A stretch of 64,000 nt of DNA. It comes from Pseudovirgaria hyperparasitica (lineage: Eukaryota). The stretch lies in assembly GCA_010093815.1 (NCBI GenBank), contig ML996574.1. The stretch is one strand, 5' to 3'. The notes below the pieces were generated by a model. The model was not told the DNA's origin, did no database searches, and worked only from the letters and a program-made list of their open reading frames with translations. Positions 51,386 to 64,000 of the stretch are shown here, piece by piece; the first letter of the stretch is position 1; the number at the start of each line of letters is the position of its first letter. The position numbers and the translations under genes are program-made.

Positions 51386-51635
51386 GATCTTACTTTTGTA
51401 TTGTGAATCGGCGTCTGAGCATGTTGTTTTACCCTACTCTTCGACTGTAAGTGTTTGCTGCGATCATTTCGATGAGGTTGCGCCTGTAGTAGAATTTCGT
51501 TGCCAAGATTTAAATTAAAGCGGGGCCACTTGAGCTCAGGCACTCCACCCGTCCCCACTCAGCTACGGCATCCATCTATTGCAACCTATCCGAGGATCAA
51601 GGTGTGTCGAGTCGGTGGCATCTTGCATTGAACAA

Positions 51636-54600
51636 ATGGACCTACAGGTCAGTATTTACTTGTCTTATCGCGTCTATACTTAAGTATTTACCCCTCTAAT
51701 TATCAGTCCATTAGCCTGCTACCGTGCCCAAATTCTCGAGTTTCCAACGCAAAGTCGCTCCCCCAACAGATGACACGCGATCTAGCCCACCTCTGAAGAC
51801 CTCCGCAACGCAGCTGAGCCAATATGAGCTAAAGGAACACCGTGAGCATAGCTCTAAAGGCTCCAGAGCTGAGATTAAGAGACACAGGACACGAGATCAG
51901 TCGCGAGACAGACACCAGGCACGACACGAGAGACCACGAGGATCTCATGAAAGAAGACGCCGGATAGACCATCGTACTCATGAAGATGTGAGGGAGGCAC
52001 ACGCACTCGCAGTCAAGCCAAGTCAACCTGACACTGTGGGTGTAACTCCAGGCTTCGACGAATCTAACCAGCCATACTACATCGATCGTAGAGGCGATCC
52101 CCATAATGCAACATACGGCGGCTTAAATACGCATAGTGTTCCTCCCTACTATCGAGCAGGTGGTGGCTCTATTGTCGGACTATGTAAGACCCGTCGGATT
52201 CAAGAGAATTTGAGCTCAGGGCGCGGGATTACTTTATCTTACGAATGTTCGCACGCCAGTCTTAACAGAAAACTTCTGTCGAAACAGTATGCAAAGCAGT
52301 CCAGCGACATCAAGCATCGGATCACACGTGCCACGTCGCTTAGGACCGGCATTGATCACAACGCGGATTATATTAGTACATCGTTCGGAAGAAAAAGAAA
52401 ACGTTGGTCAACTTCACCAATGGACACGCGGCGTCTCACCAATGCTTCCCATATCGCGTGGCGCTCAGCAAGCTCAGATGAAGAACTGTCTGGCTCTGAT
52501 CCTGAGGATTGCACTTCGGATTTCTTATATGCGGATGGTGTTAAGGAGAGAAATGCCGAGCTGTCCCGACTGACTAAAGAAAAGCCCAAATCTTTAGATG
52601 GTTGGCTACAGCTTATTGAGCACCAGGATAAAATGATTCGACTCCATCATGGCGCCATATCTCGTAGGTTAACAAAAGCTGAAATTCGAAACGTCGCAGA
52701 GATCAGGATCTCTGTATACGAGCAAGCCTTACGTAGTATCGACACGGATCATACCAATCGGGTTTCTCTTTGTCTCGGGCTCCTTGAAGAAGGCAGTAAA
52801 GTCTGGGAGGCCACGAAGATAACCAAACAATGGCGGCAACTGCTAGAGGAGTTCCCGGACCACATTGAAGTTTGGCTCAAGTATCTCAACTTTTTACAGA
52901 CAGACTTTCGCGAATTTCGGCTGGATACGGTACGTGAGGACTATCATAACTGCTTGCAGATGCTTTCAGACTTGAGAGAAAAGACTCCGCAGCCAGGGGT
53001 TTCAACATGCAAGCTTCAGCGAATTCAGCTCTACATTCTTGCACGACTTACTAAAATGATCAGTGAATCCGGTTACCACGAACAAGCCCTAGCCATATGG
53101 CAAGTGATCATCGAAAATAACTTTCTCCGACCTGCCGGTGTGGAGGACCCAATTCAGTCTTTGATACTGTTTGAAGAATTCTGGGACAGCGAGGTTGCGC
53201 GGGTCGGTGAACTCGGGGCCACTGGCTGGTGTAACTTTCGAGAAGTATCAGTGTTGCCAAAAACTGATCGACAAGATCTCGCTGCAGACGAAGTATCTAA
53301 GTCGCCCTTGAGCGCATTCTACCAGCTTGAGACTTCACACATGCAAACCATCGATGTCCCTGGTCGTACCAGCGACAAGGCTGCCGAGGAGGACCCTTAT
53401 CACGTTGTGCTTTTCTCTGATATCTCTGTGTACCTGTCTCTCGTTGGTCATGGGCTCCCGATGACAAGAGTCGTAGAAGCTTTCCTTGCGTTCTGGGATC
53501 TTCCGCCACTCCCAGGCCCGAACGAGACCCCTTTCGATTCTCGTGATGTCTTCTTGCGCAAAGGAACTATTCACAAGAAAGTCGACTCACCAAAAGATGG
53601 TGGGCCACTCGGCCATTTCGTAGAGACTATGGGAACAGTGTCCAGTCTTCCAATTAGAAGGAGACAAACAACCATTTACGATCTTTTCAGCGATGCGTTC
53701 CACACGTTCGCCAATACACGTAGCAAGATTTTTGTCAAAACAGTCTTGCAACATCTATCGTCGCTCACAAAAGACGAGGCCATTCTGGAATACTCTATGG
53801 CGTTTACAGTAAAATTCTTTCCTCAAGAAGCGGATGCGTTCGCCAGGCGGATTCTCCAACGATGTCCCTCCAGTCTAAGACTTTACAACGCCTACGCTCT
53901 TGTGGAATGCCGCATGGGCAACAAAGAAACCGCAAGTCGAGTTTTCGGTACAGCCATCCGTATGAGTGCCAAACTGCCGGTAGGCGCACGAAAAGATGTT
54001 ATCTTGCTTCGCCATAGCTCGATTTGGGAGTCGTTACATCAGGGTGATCTGATTGCTGTCCAGTCAGAACTTCTAGCTATTGCAAGCCCGAATATCTCCG
54101 AATCAAATCAAGATATCAACATTGCGAGCTTCCTCCCAGCTCGCACTAGTCTGATTAACGCCCGAGATGAGCACTACGCAGTCCATGATTATGACAGGGC
54201 TGTCCTCTACACAGACTGCCTCGCTGTTTTAATATACCTCTACTCTGATCAAGACCTTTCTCTCGCCATTGATGTCTACCGCACAGCCCATGACCATTTC
54301 TCAACACTCAATCTCGCCATCTCTCGGTTCAATGAAATTAACCATCAAGCCTGCACCCGTCTGCTCGCGTACCATGCATCTCGCTGGCGCTCCTTTAAGC
54401 CATCTCTACTGCGCGATACTCTCACAGCGAGTCTCAAACTGTTTCCAGACAACACAGACCTGCTGTCTCTTTTCGCCGCTAACGAAAGCCGCTTTCGTAT
54501 CGACGGACGTGTGCGCACCCTCATGGACGATATATCCCTGCACTCTGACAATGGTAGCATTATAATGCATATGTTCGCAATCTCCACTGAAATACAACGG

Positions 54601-54987
54601 GGGGTGCAGGGTGGTAGCACTGCATACTCTGTTCGCGCGGCGTTTGAGCGTGCTGTTTTACAGCCTCACGTTCAAAGTAATGCGAGTCTATGGACAAGCT
54701 ATGTCATGTTTGAAACTTTGGAGGCAGGGAAAAGCCATACAAAGGATGCGAGGGACCGAGTTAAAGGGGTCTTCTTTAGAGGCATGTTCTGCATCCCGTG
54801 GTGTAAGAGCTATATGATGCTAGCGTTTGCGCCGGAGCTGAAAGGGTTGATAGGAGTTGAGGATTTGAGGAAGGTTTGGCGTGTGATGGGAGAGAAACAA
54901 ATACGCGTGTTTGTCGACTTGGATGACATTTTCGCGAAGGTGGGCGAAGAGGGTCGGATCGACATACATGGAGTTTTAGATGAGTAG
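51636..54987 (+). CDS. NRDE2: NRDE-2/Nrl1-family nuclear RNA processing/RNAi factor; short first exon MDLQ plus intron
   Basis: YYIDRRGD..N.TYG......VP.Y.R.G.G, GY.E.ALA.WQ...E.NF..P, FEEFWDSEVARVGE.GA.GW, EEDPYHVVLFSDI, HAT-like repeats, PWCK. Confidence 0.88.
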
Positions 54988-55578
54988 GAATGGGTTCTCT
55001 GTACCGCTGCATAATTGGTAGCTTCAAGTATATACATGGGCTATTAAGTCAACAGTAGTCCTCCACACTGACCCCAAGTCCCAACACCACTCCATTGCAA
55101 CCCCACATACTTTTTCCTCAAGTATTGGGTATCTGACGTCAGGTCCTTCTGTCCGTCTTACTAAAAATCTTGTCGTGAGAATTACCTTAAGCGCCCTTTA
55201 ATCTACTTCGTACGTGGTTTGAGTCTGGTGGGGCTTAAGCTTCTGGGTATTTATAACTTTTGCGGCCATGACTAAAGTTGACAGATAGATGAATATATCA
55301 GGAGAAGAGAGACAGTCTAATTTAAAGCTAAGGAGGTCCGAGAGATAGTCTATGTAGGTCAGGTTCGGCGCTCTTATTCAAATATGATGTACCCTCATGG
55401 GCCAAATTCTGGAGAACAATGTTTTTGTCTACGACGTGGTGCTGTGGCAGCTCTGCCTAGATAATATTCACTATATTTGTGACTTTGGCCCCGGTATCGC
55501 ACCACGTTGCCAAGGCCATACTTCTGTTAACTATAGAAGGACCTTGCGTATCAGTTCAATGTCAAGGTAAACCTCACA

Positions 55579-57816
55579 CTATAATAGAAGCATTGCAGCA
55601 ACACTGATAGCCACAATTGACCAAACCGTAGCGTGCACTATAAATCTATACGCTCCAGCTGTATGTAGCGTTCCCGGGCTGAATAATCCCCCATTAATAC
55701 AACCGGTGACGACGAGTGACGAAACGGCGCCTTCGAGCTCTTGCAGTGGCGTGACAAACGCCATCTGACTCCAAGAAAATAGCTTGTTTCGCCCTCCGTA
55801 AACAAACACCTCGAACCTACCTTTGAACTGACCATCCACCCATACTCTGCTTCCTCCGATTCTGTCCGTTTGTATTTGTATCCGACTTGGCACGGTAATA
55901 TGAACAATCTCATGTGTCGAGGTCGTCACATTCGTCCATATCCGCCCTGGATGTCCACTATCATATCCGTCCGTGCTGGCGACTGACCGAAGAGGGTACT
56001 CGTAGCCATCAGCGGTATATATAAGCATCCCGTCGCCGCGTAAGGTGAGCATACTGTCATTGGAGCGGAGTGTGAAAGGACCGGTAGCGTCCATGGTCAA
56101 CGTGTTGTTCAGGCCCTTGCTCCCGTATCCTAGTTCATACGTCTCATTCCTAGTCTTCGGTGCAGTCCAGCTTATCAACGGCTGCGTACAGTCGGAATTA
56201 TTGACGCCTAAGATGTTCCGGTCCAGATTCTGGCATGGTGCGGCGGCGGAGAGAAGGTGTACGGATTCGGCAAGGGAAGATATATCCAGAGGGGTGCCGC
56301 GTGAGCCACTCCAGGCGCGTGATGCAACTATGGGTAGTCCAGAGCGGATGGCGTAGAAAGCTTCAAGCTGGGTTGTAGCGTCCGGGCCATTGTCGTTCCA
56401 TGCGGCCATAATAGCACCCCGGTTATTCGGTGAGGCTGAAGGGAGCTGCTCAGTGTTGTTTACAGGATTGTAAAGGGATGGTTCCCACTGGACGTCCGGC
56501 TGGTTTCCGAAGTTGAGAATTCGGCTGGTGTTGAAGAGCTGCGGGTAAGCGGCGGGAAGAATGGGCATATGGTCGTTCTTGAGCGTAACGTATGCCCACC
56601 AATCTTCCGAGTTGATTATGTTATAGCTACTACGATCGAGCTGGACGGGATCGGATTGGCCGTATTGCCAGTGCTGTATTGTAATATCATTGGATATAGT
56701 GAAGTTTTTGGATGGCTCGTATGTTCCCCAGATGCGGATTCGTTTTCCGGCCGTTGAATTTACAAACTGAGACATGCTATTGACGAATCGTATGTAATCA
56801 TCTGCAAGATCTGAGTCGTACTCGTCTGCTCCGATATGAACCTCTTTCGTCTGGAACCATGGCAGAAATTCAGACCAGATAGCCTGCACTGTGGGTATGG
56901 AATCAGGATGAGAGAGATTGAGTAGATCTTTCTTGGCCAACGCAAGGTCCGGTTTCCACTTCGTGATGGCCAGACAGTGACCAGGCGCCTCAATCTCAGG
57001 GATGATAGTCACTCCGCGTTGTGCGCAGTGCATCTGCAGGTCTTCGAAGACAGCTCGAGAGAGAGTTTCGTTTGCTCGTTCGATGATTGACCTGAGCTCT
57101 ACGCTTTCAGGCATGAATGAAAAGTGGGAATAAACCTCGTACCAAGTCTCGTTGTGGCCGCGACTAAGAGGATAGTTGTCAGACGCATGGTAGTGGAACT
57201 CTGACATCTTGAACCAGGATGCGTATGTGCACAGCTCTTTCAATGTGGATGGTGCGTACCACTTCCTTCCAGCATCTAACATGTAACCTCTGGTTTCATA
57301 GGCCGGGGCATCGACAATCTTCCCTATAGAGATCGACTCGCTTTGCACCATTTGTTGCAGCAGAGTCCGTGTTCCCCACCACATACCTCGAGCGCCAGAA
57401 CCACCGATGAAGATATGACCTGACTGAACAACGATCTCGTATCCCTCTGTTGTAGGTTCACCATTTGCATAGGTTAAATCGTCCGGTGAGCCAGAGTACG
57501 ACCCCAGGAAGATACCTGAGGCATTCCTATGGATCTCATCGATAGTCTCGAGGGCCCAACCGTCTCCTAACAACGAATTGAGATCCTTCACAAAAGTCGT
57601 AGCGAATTCTTCCGCGGAGGGCGGAATCAATGTTAGTCCGTCCGTGTCTCTAGTCGAAGCGAAAGCCGAATGCAGAAAGATCGATTTTGGCAGACTGGAG
57701 AATGACTGAAATCCGCTGGAGCCGTTGTTCCATTCAACTGGAGGTAATGTCTGCAGGGCTAACGCAATGGAACTAAATACCGACCATGATATGTAGATAG
57801 TCAACATCATGGTCAT
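55579..57816 (-). CDS. Secreted glycoside hydrolase family 20 (beta-N-acetylhexosaminidase-like) with hydrophobic C-terminus (possible GPI anchor)
   Basis: Signal-peptide-like N-terminus from ATG 57816; RGYMLDAGRK, HYHASDN, IPEIEAPGH, catalytic HIGADE, AWND. Confidence 0.9.
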   Translation of the reverse strand: MTMMLTIYISWSVFSSIALALQTLPPVEWNNGSSGFQSFSSLPKSIFLHSAFASTRDTDGLTLIPPSAEEFATTFVKDLNSLLGDGWALETIDEIHRNASGIFLGSYSGSPDDLTYANGEPTTEGYEIVVQSGHIFIGGSGARGMWWGTRTLLQQMVQSESISIGKIVDAPAYETRGYMLDAGRKWYAPSTLKELCTYASWFKMSEFHYHASDNYPLSRGHNETWYEVYSHFSFMPESVELRSIIERANETLSRAVFEDLQMHCAQRGVTIIPEIEAPGHCLAITKWKPDLALAKKDLLNLSHPDSIPTVQAIWSEFLPWFQTKEVHIGADEYDSDLADDYIRFVNSMSQFVNSTAGKRIRIWGTYEPSKNFTISNDITIQHWQYGQSDPVQLDRSSYNIINSEDWWAYVTLKNDHMPILPAAYPQLFNTSRILNFGNQPDVQWEPSLYNPVNNTEQLPSASPNNRGAIMAAWNDNGPDATTQLEAFYAIRSGLPIVASRAWSGSRGTPLDISSLAESVHLLSAAAPCQNLDRNILGVNNSDCTQPLISWTAPKTRNETYELGYGSKGLNNTLTMDATGPFTLRSNDSMLTLRGDGMLIYTADGYEYPLRSVASTDGYDSGHPGRIWTNVTTSTHEIVHITVPSRIQIQTDRIGGSRVWVDGQFKGRFEVFVYGGRNKLFSWSQMAFVTPLQELEGAVSSLVVTGCINGGLFSPGTLHTAGAYRFIVHATVWSIVAISVAAMLLL

Positions 57817-58384
57817 CTTCCCAGCAGTACTAAGATGTAGATCTGAATCAGCGCAATGACGCCTGTGCTGGCTATGTAAGCTAGATGGGTCATAGAACGC
57901 GCATTCTACGGTTGACGATGATCGTTGATGGTTCGCTTGTGTAGACTGACTTTTGACAAGCCCAAGGTCACATCTCACCCTGGCAATGCCGAATATGCAC
58001 AAGCGTGAAGTGGCACAGCATTCATGCAGCAGGCTGCTTTGGCGCCAGCATCACATATGACATTGCCTAAGGCGTTCTGAGCATTGCGCACTGGCGATAT
58101 ATTATGGATCCATGTATTTCAGACTGTTTATTCATGAATCCTGTATGTATAAGGCGCCTACATGAATAGTAATATCATAACCCATTGCTCATGAACACTG
58201 GCAAGGAAACGTCCATTGATCTATTGATTGTTGTTTCAAGGCCAGCCATCCAAATCAGGTCTAGCTCTCCAAAATTGACACTTTGATGCCTCGCCGCCTT
58301 AGGGACCAAGCGCCAGAAAAGTTGTCTTACACAGATGTGTATAATGAGATTCCTACAGCCACGCGACGTCAGGACGGAGCGGGC

Positions 58385-60320
58385 ATGTCTTTATACTACG
58401 AGGCCGCATCCGTTTTCGAAAATTTTGACCATGGCAGCGACTCCTTAAAGACCCGAATATATACCAATAAGGGCTTCCAAAGCCGTCCGGGACATCTATA
58501 CGCTCTGGTGAGCGAGACCGCAAAATGGTCACCTATATTGAAGGAAGTCATAGATAGAAGTGGACTATTGAGGCTTGAGCGAAAGGTACGGTATCTCTAT
58601 ATAAGATCTGCTGTCACACGTCCTGATGCAAATACAGCTCTCACCGGCTCTAGCGCTACTGTTGACGCACGATCTTCTTCTTGCCAAACGAGGCGTTATG
58701 GCTCCATCGACTCACGCACTCAAGCTTGCTATAACCAGGCACAAGGCTCGATTGAGCGCGGAATTTACGAAGATTCGGGTCAAACGCGGGTTCGCCTCCG
58801 TCGACAAATGGCATCAACATGTAAATGCTAAAGACGAAGCGAACGGGAAAGAAGGCTCAATACCCCGCCCGCGATGGCTTCGCCTCAATACCATACTACC
58901 TGGCGACAGGGTTAAAGAGCGAGAAGAAGCGTTCGGAGCATGGGAGCAAGCAAAGACCCTGACATCGGTTTCTCATGCCGGAAAAACGAATATTTACTAT
59001 GTAGACGAGACAGTTCCAGATCTTATTGCTGTACCAAAGGATCACCCCCTGGCCGATATCCAGCTCAGTCGGCTTGCACCGAGCGTTATATATCAAGACA
59101 AAGCTTCATGTTTTCCGGCTCTGCTACTTGACCCCGGCTCTGGCAACGGAGATGTCATTGATGCGTGCGCGGCACCTGGTAATAAGACTACACATCTTGC
59201 TGCTCTGATCCAAACCTCCTCAGGTATAAACCGAGCAAACCGTGTCATAGCTTTCGAAAAAAGTGCAGAGCGATCTGCCATCCTGAGACGAATGGTAGAG
59301 GCGGCCACATCGTCTTCGAAGGAAGCAAAAGGTTTAGTAAAAATCAATGCGTCTACAGACTTTCTCAATAGTGACCCGACCAGCAAAACATTCTCGAATG
59401 TGCAGGCTCTCCTGCTTGATCCGAGCTGCTCTGGCAGTGGGATGCCCCGCGACGATAAACCTTTCGTCTTTGAGTTGCCTGAGGTAGTCGGTTCGAAAAC
59501 TCATCCTGAAGCTACCAAAGCAAGGAAAGGTAAACGTAAACGCGACGAAGACATGCACGAGGAACTAGCGGGACCTGTAGAAAAGAAATATCAAAGGTCC
59601 GGGCGTAAATTACAACCTAATGCAGAACAAAACACAGAAACAGAGCCAAGTTCCCCCGACGATATGCAACAACGACTGACGGGTCTGTCTGCATTCCAAC
59701 TTCGCCTCATAGAGCATGCAATGAAATTCCCAGCCGCTCGCAGAATCACTTATTCGACTTGCTCAGTGCATTGGGCAGAGAACGAAAGCGTCGTTATGCG
59801 AGCTTTGGCGACAGATATTGCGAAAAAGGCTGGCTGGCATATTCTTCGTCGTGAGAAACAATACCCTACGCTCAGAGACTGGGCTCACAGAGGGATCAAG
59901 AGTCGCGATGAGGCCTCCGATTTCACTGAAGAGCTAGACCCCGACCTCGGGACAGAGGACAGAAGCTTGATCTTGGACTCCTGCATACGATGTAACAAAG
60001 GTACGGAGGACGGCACCCACGGATTTTTCGTCGCTGGGTTCGTACGCGATGTGTCTGTCATGAAGTCTGCAAAGCACAGAGAAAGGATACTTGAGAGCCA
60101 ATTGCTCGAGCAAAAAGAGATGCCAGAATCCACTTCCATGGCCGTGGACGAAACGTCGACGATACTCGTGGATCCTTACACATCCCTAGAAGTTGAAATG
60201 TCCACACGAGCGGCAAAGCTTGAACCACAGATAGGGAAAAAGTTCAAAGGAACTCACCAGGAGAGAGGACGTAGAGAAAAAGAAAGCAAAGGCAAGAATA
60301 GTAAAAGACGCTCTGGCTGA
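58385..60320 (+). CDS. RCM1: 25S rRNA cytosine-C5 methyltransferase (NSUN5/Rcm1), one intron (~58586-58639)
   Basis: MSLYYEAA, PRWLRLNT, QDKASCFPA, DACAAPGNKT, LLDPSCSGSG, YSTCSVH..ENE.VV, GFFVA. Confidence 0.92.
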
Positions 60321-61892
60321 TTTGACAACCCAGTAAGCATCTGAGAAAGATGCAGGTGAAGAAGTGGGCACTCCACCCAGCCAAAACGACCTTGAAACGG
60401 GATGCGCAGCAATAATGCAGCTGATGAAGTAGTGGAAGATGTATGGAGAGGTGTTAATAGCAAGGGGTGAGGCGAAACATGTAGCGAACATAGCAGAAGC
60501 AACAACCCAATGATATATCGCGTCGCTCGCCGATGGTAGGTTCAAATGGGGGAAACCGAATCAAGACGAGAAAACGAAAGCCCGAATCTTACACAGGCTC
60601 ACTCTTGAAAGACCGAAGGTGCGAGGTGTATGGCAAAGCCCAAAGATAGACAGTGTATTAAGAGAGCTGCGAAGAGAGAATGAAATGGGTCCGATAATTA
60701 GATCCTGATGGAGGCTGACCCTTTTGGCTTTTGGAGGTCTAAAAAAATTGGTGCGGACACATATTAATAGTACAACGAATTGCACCGAACACTCTGTTTA
60801 TACCCCTGCGCTATTCTCAATCCCAAAATCTCTGCCAATCTCTGCCCCTAAGTCCATCACCTGACGCTCTTCGACCCCAACACCTCTGCAAAGACCCACA
60901 AACTCTCCACATTCACCCTATGCACCACATCCGCACTCGATTCTCCTTCGCGTGCGCCCGGCAAGCATCCTCAATCAGCACAACCTTCTCCCTACAGAAT
61001 TCAAGACCCAGAAATGCGCAGCCATGCATACACTCGTACTCACACACTGATCCGTCGTCAAGCCAGCCAGAAACAAGATGCCTACATGTTCATCTCGCGG
61101 ATAACGCTCAAGCTGCGTGCTGATAAATATGTTGTTCATGCTCTCCGTAAAGACGCGCTCATCCGGGTATAGCGTGGCAAAGGACGTGAAATGCGTACTT
61201 GGATCAGTGGGGGCTCAAGTAAAGAGGGGAGGGCAGACGTTTAGAGTGATAGCGGACATGATTGAGTTGCGGTGAAGCGCCGATCAAAGCGCTGGGATCG
61301 TGGCGTGCCTGGTAGAATAGGGACAGGAGAGGAGATATCACAGCCGCAAGGGTGGCTGGCGTTGCAGTTTGTGCCGGCGAGCCAGGGTGAGGGAATCGTA
61401 GATGCTGATGTGCATGTCGATGAGGAGGAGCGGCGTAGGCAGGGGGCCGGGCAGTAGACATGTCTATGGACGAGGTGAGGGTTGGGAGAGTGTAAGGGAT
61501 CGGGAATGACATGCGCGGGCAAAAGAGATCCTCTAAATGCTTACGCGGAGCTATGTTATTCGAAGGGTGATCACAAGCCGGGCCAAGACTTGTTCATACT
61601 GCGATTTCGGGCCATGTCTTAGGGTAGCCAGGTTATACAGGCGAATTAATCTAGGTATGTACGTTCTTTCCGTATGTTTCTTCTGCATGTTTTAACATGC
61701 AACACTTCTTGTTCTATAGTACCGCTATAGCGTTAACATGTTCGACATTACCATCACCACACTGGATCAAGGGGGGGTCAGGGCATCAAGCGAACATAAC
61801 ACACGCCAATTCTTCTATGTCCAAGCATATGATTGCCTCAAGAGGTCAAGAAGCAAAATGATATGGCATGCCTGCCTTTTAACCTGCTTAAT

Positions 61893-62873
61893 TTACCTCC
61901 TCGTCTCGCCATGCGCACTCTCACCAATCTCCACCGGGCCAGCTGGCTCCGGATCCGCAAGCTCAGCGATCGTATTCTCATTCTGCTGGAACTTACCCCC
62001 GCCCATATGCGGTGACTGGGGTGACTGTGGAGTCCAACCGCCCGGATAAGGACTTCCGGACTGAGACATTGACGGAGTGTTGGCGTGTTTGGCGTACATC
62101 TGGTCAGGCTGTGGGGATCCAGGACCGAGATATGTGGAGCCGGAGACGTGTGAGTAGCGCGGATCTATGTTATAAAGTTATTATCGTGCTCAGACGAGGT
62201 GATCTGAAGACTGACCATCGTGCGAGCTGGTCATGGGTAAGTACACACCTTTGGGGTCGTAATTTGTTCCAGACCAGGCTCCCCCGTTAGGGTCTGGAGA
62301 ATGTACTGCGGAGTATGAGGGTGGATGTGTTGCGGCTGTGTTTGCGGATTTGGCGGCTTGTTTACGTCGATATAGAAACCAGATGAGCCCTGCGATTGCG
62401 AGGATTCCGACGACTCCTACGCCTACTGCTATGCCAACAATGGCACCTGTGGATAGACCACCGTCTGAGCCTCCATTCGAGTCGCTGGGCGCAGACGTGG
62501 CCGACGGAACAGCTGAAGAGAAAGTTGGGCCAGTACCTAGGAAGGATGTTCCATTGAGAGCGGCAGCTGTGAGATTGCCACTACAACCGCCCTGGCATCC
62601 AAACTCGGTGTCGGCACAGCATCCTATGAAGGGTGGGTTCGCATCTTTGCAGGTGAAGAATGATCCGCCATTAGGACATTCCTGGTCATTGAATTGACCG
62701 TACCAAGACGCATTGAAGCTCATCGGACGAAGGTCCTCTTCTGGAGGGCCTGTTGAGCTCCCACAGCCATTAGAGACAGAACAGCCGACGAACGGAAATG
62801 TGCTCCTTTCACACGCATACCAAGTTCCTCCCTCTGGACAGTAGGCGCCGAATGAGAGCCCCGATTGAGACAT
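61893..62873 (-). CDS. Fungal single-pass membrane protein with Cys-rich (CP.GG.W/F..C....F.GC) repeats and a Ser/Thr linker, one intron
   Basis: Two Cys-rich repeats and TM LSTGAIVGIAVGVGVVGILAIAGLIWFLYRRK. An intron at ~62165-62249 joins to a cytoplasmic tail containing AELA (ORF 61893-62099). Confidence 0.75.
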
Positions 62874-64000
62874 TCTGACGAGACGTAGGTTTCGGATTGG
62901 GCAAGGCTGAGAGAGAAATCAAGGAAGAACAAACAGCAGAAAGGTACCGGGCAGGCAGAGGTTAAAAGCACAGATGGATCCCGACCGGGAGGGAACTGCA
63001 GAGAGCCAAGCAAGGGAGGGATCCGCTTCGATACGACGGCCCACAGATTGCCACTGTATCTGTCTTGGTGAACAGCTCAATGAAGTCCAGATCTGCTTGG
63101 TATTGCTCGTTAGCGTGCTGCGTCGTGTTCTGATAATAACCGTGCCACAAACAGGGCTGTACAAAAGCTTGTGGGTAAGGTCTGCAGAATCAGGATAACG
63201 CCTGCATCTACGTATGATTCTATTCGAACTATTCCCACTCCATTGATAGCTCATATAGGAGAGCTTGAATGAGAATTAACTCACCTAATATTGCGATTGC
63301 ATGGATTGCCAATTCTCAGCCTGATGCAAGTTTGTCAAGGAGGTGAAAGCTGGGGAGCACATGAATGCTAGTGCTTCGCTACTCTCGGCTCGACAAGCAT
63401 CTAAATGAAGTGGGCACCCTGCGAAGAGGTTTCTCTCTTTTCGCTATAATATGATAGCACGCATGCTTGACCAGACAGCTGGCGCCCAATTACATGCATT
63501 GCCGACGCTTTGTATGCACCTAGTACACAAGATCAAGACCGGCCATGCCATGACCATACAATATGACGTTCGCTCAAGACATGTTGATGCACACGGCAAA
63601 TCCCACGCAGTGATGGGAACGCAAGGCGAGGTGGGAAGATGATAAACGGACATGCAGGGGAAGCTAGCCTGATCAGTCTAGCCCATTATCAAGTACCCAA
63701 TCAGACGAGCTGCAGGAGACGGGACACAACAACATGTTGACATCCATTCCTTGGTTTACCTGACACCTCGCAAAAGCCAAAGCTGGTTCATTTTTAGAAA
63801 CACCAACGGAGAGGTGTGGCAGCTGTCTCAAGTGCAGAGACCCACTGATCAGATGCGTCACGGTACGGGACGTGTATCCCCCGGAGTGCTCCACGCCCCA
63901 TGATAAAGGACCCGCATATCCATTCACTTCGTGCAACGACTTCCAAGGTCCACAGACTATGTCTGCCAGTAGTAGTATTCATGACCTACAACCGGAAACA

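Noticed and set aside
57817..58384. N-terminal extensions of the GH20 (to 58002) and RCM1 (from 58283) ORFs
   Set aside because: They start at non-ATG codons; the signal peptide and conserved MSLY start indicate ATGs at 57816 and 58385.
60500..61800. Short ORFs downstream of RCM1 and after 62900
   Set aside because: Short, mutually overlapping and low-complexity, with no convincing domain or splice structure.

Overview
Fungal (filamentous ascomycete) genomic DNA with two compartments. About 1-34,800 is an AT-rich block degraded by RIP (repeat-induced point mutation) and made of nested mobile elements. About 34,900-64,000 is ordinary intron-containing, gene-dense DNA: O-methyltransferase, FAD-oxidase pseudogene, SRPK-like kinase, aldehyde dehydrogenase, Anr2/DENND11-like, UTP10, NRDE-2, GH20 hexosaminidase, RCM1/NSUN5 and a Cys-rich membrane protein. 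The most interesting part is a moderately RIPed ~16.7 kb segment (~3,540-20,250) with five co-oriented minus-strand pseudogenes, found by translating through RIP-type stop codons. One is a ~1,550-aa fusion of a zinc-finger/DUF3505-like region, a tyrosine-recombinase-like domain and a RecQ helicase (telomere-linked-helicase type). Another is a ~1,470-aa SNF2 ATPase. About 15 copies of a 19-bp palindrome (CTGGAATCG-N-CGATTCCAG) are scattered through the segment in upstream regions, an intron and coding frames. Together these suggest a giant recombinase-helicase mobile element with its own cis-acting code; this is a hypothesis, as mobility and the exact ends cannot be proven from one window. To its right is a Ty3/Gypsy element interrupted by a full-length Tad1-like LINE with a 17-bp target-site duplication (TSD), plus LTR fragments. 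All translations and alignments were done by eye, and ends of RIPed features are approximate.
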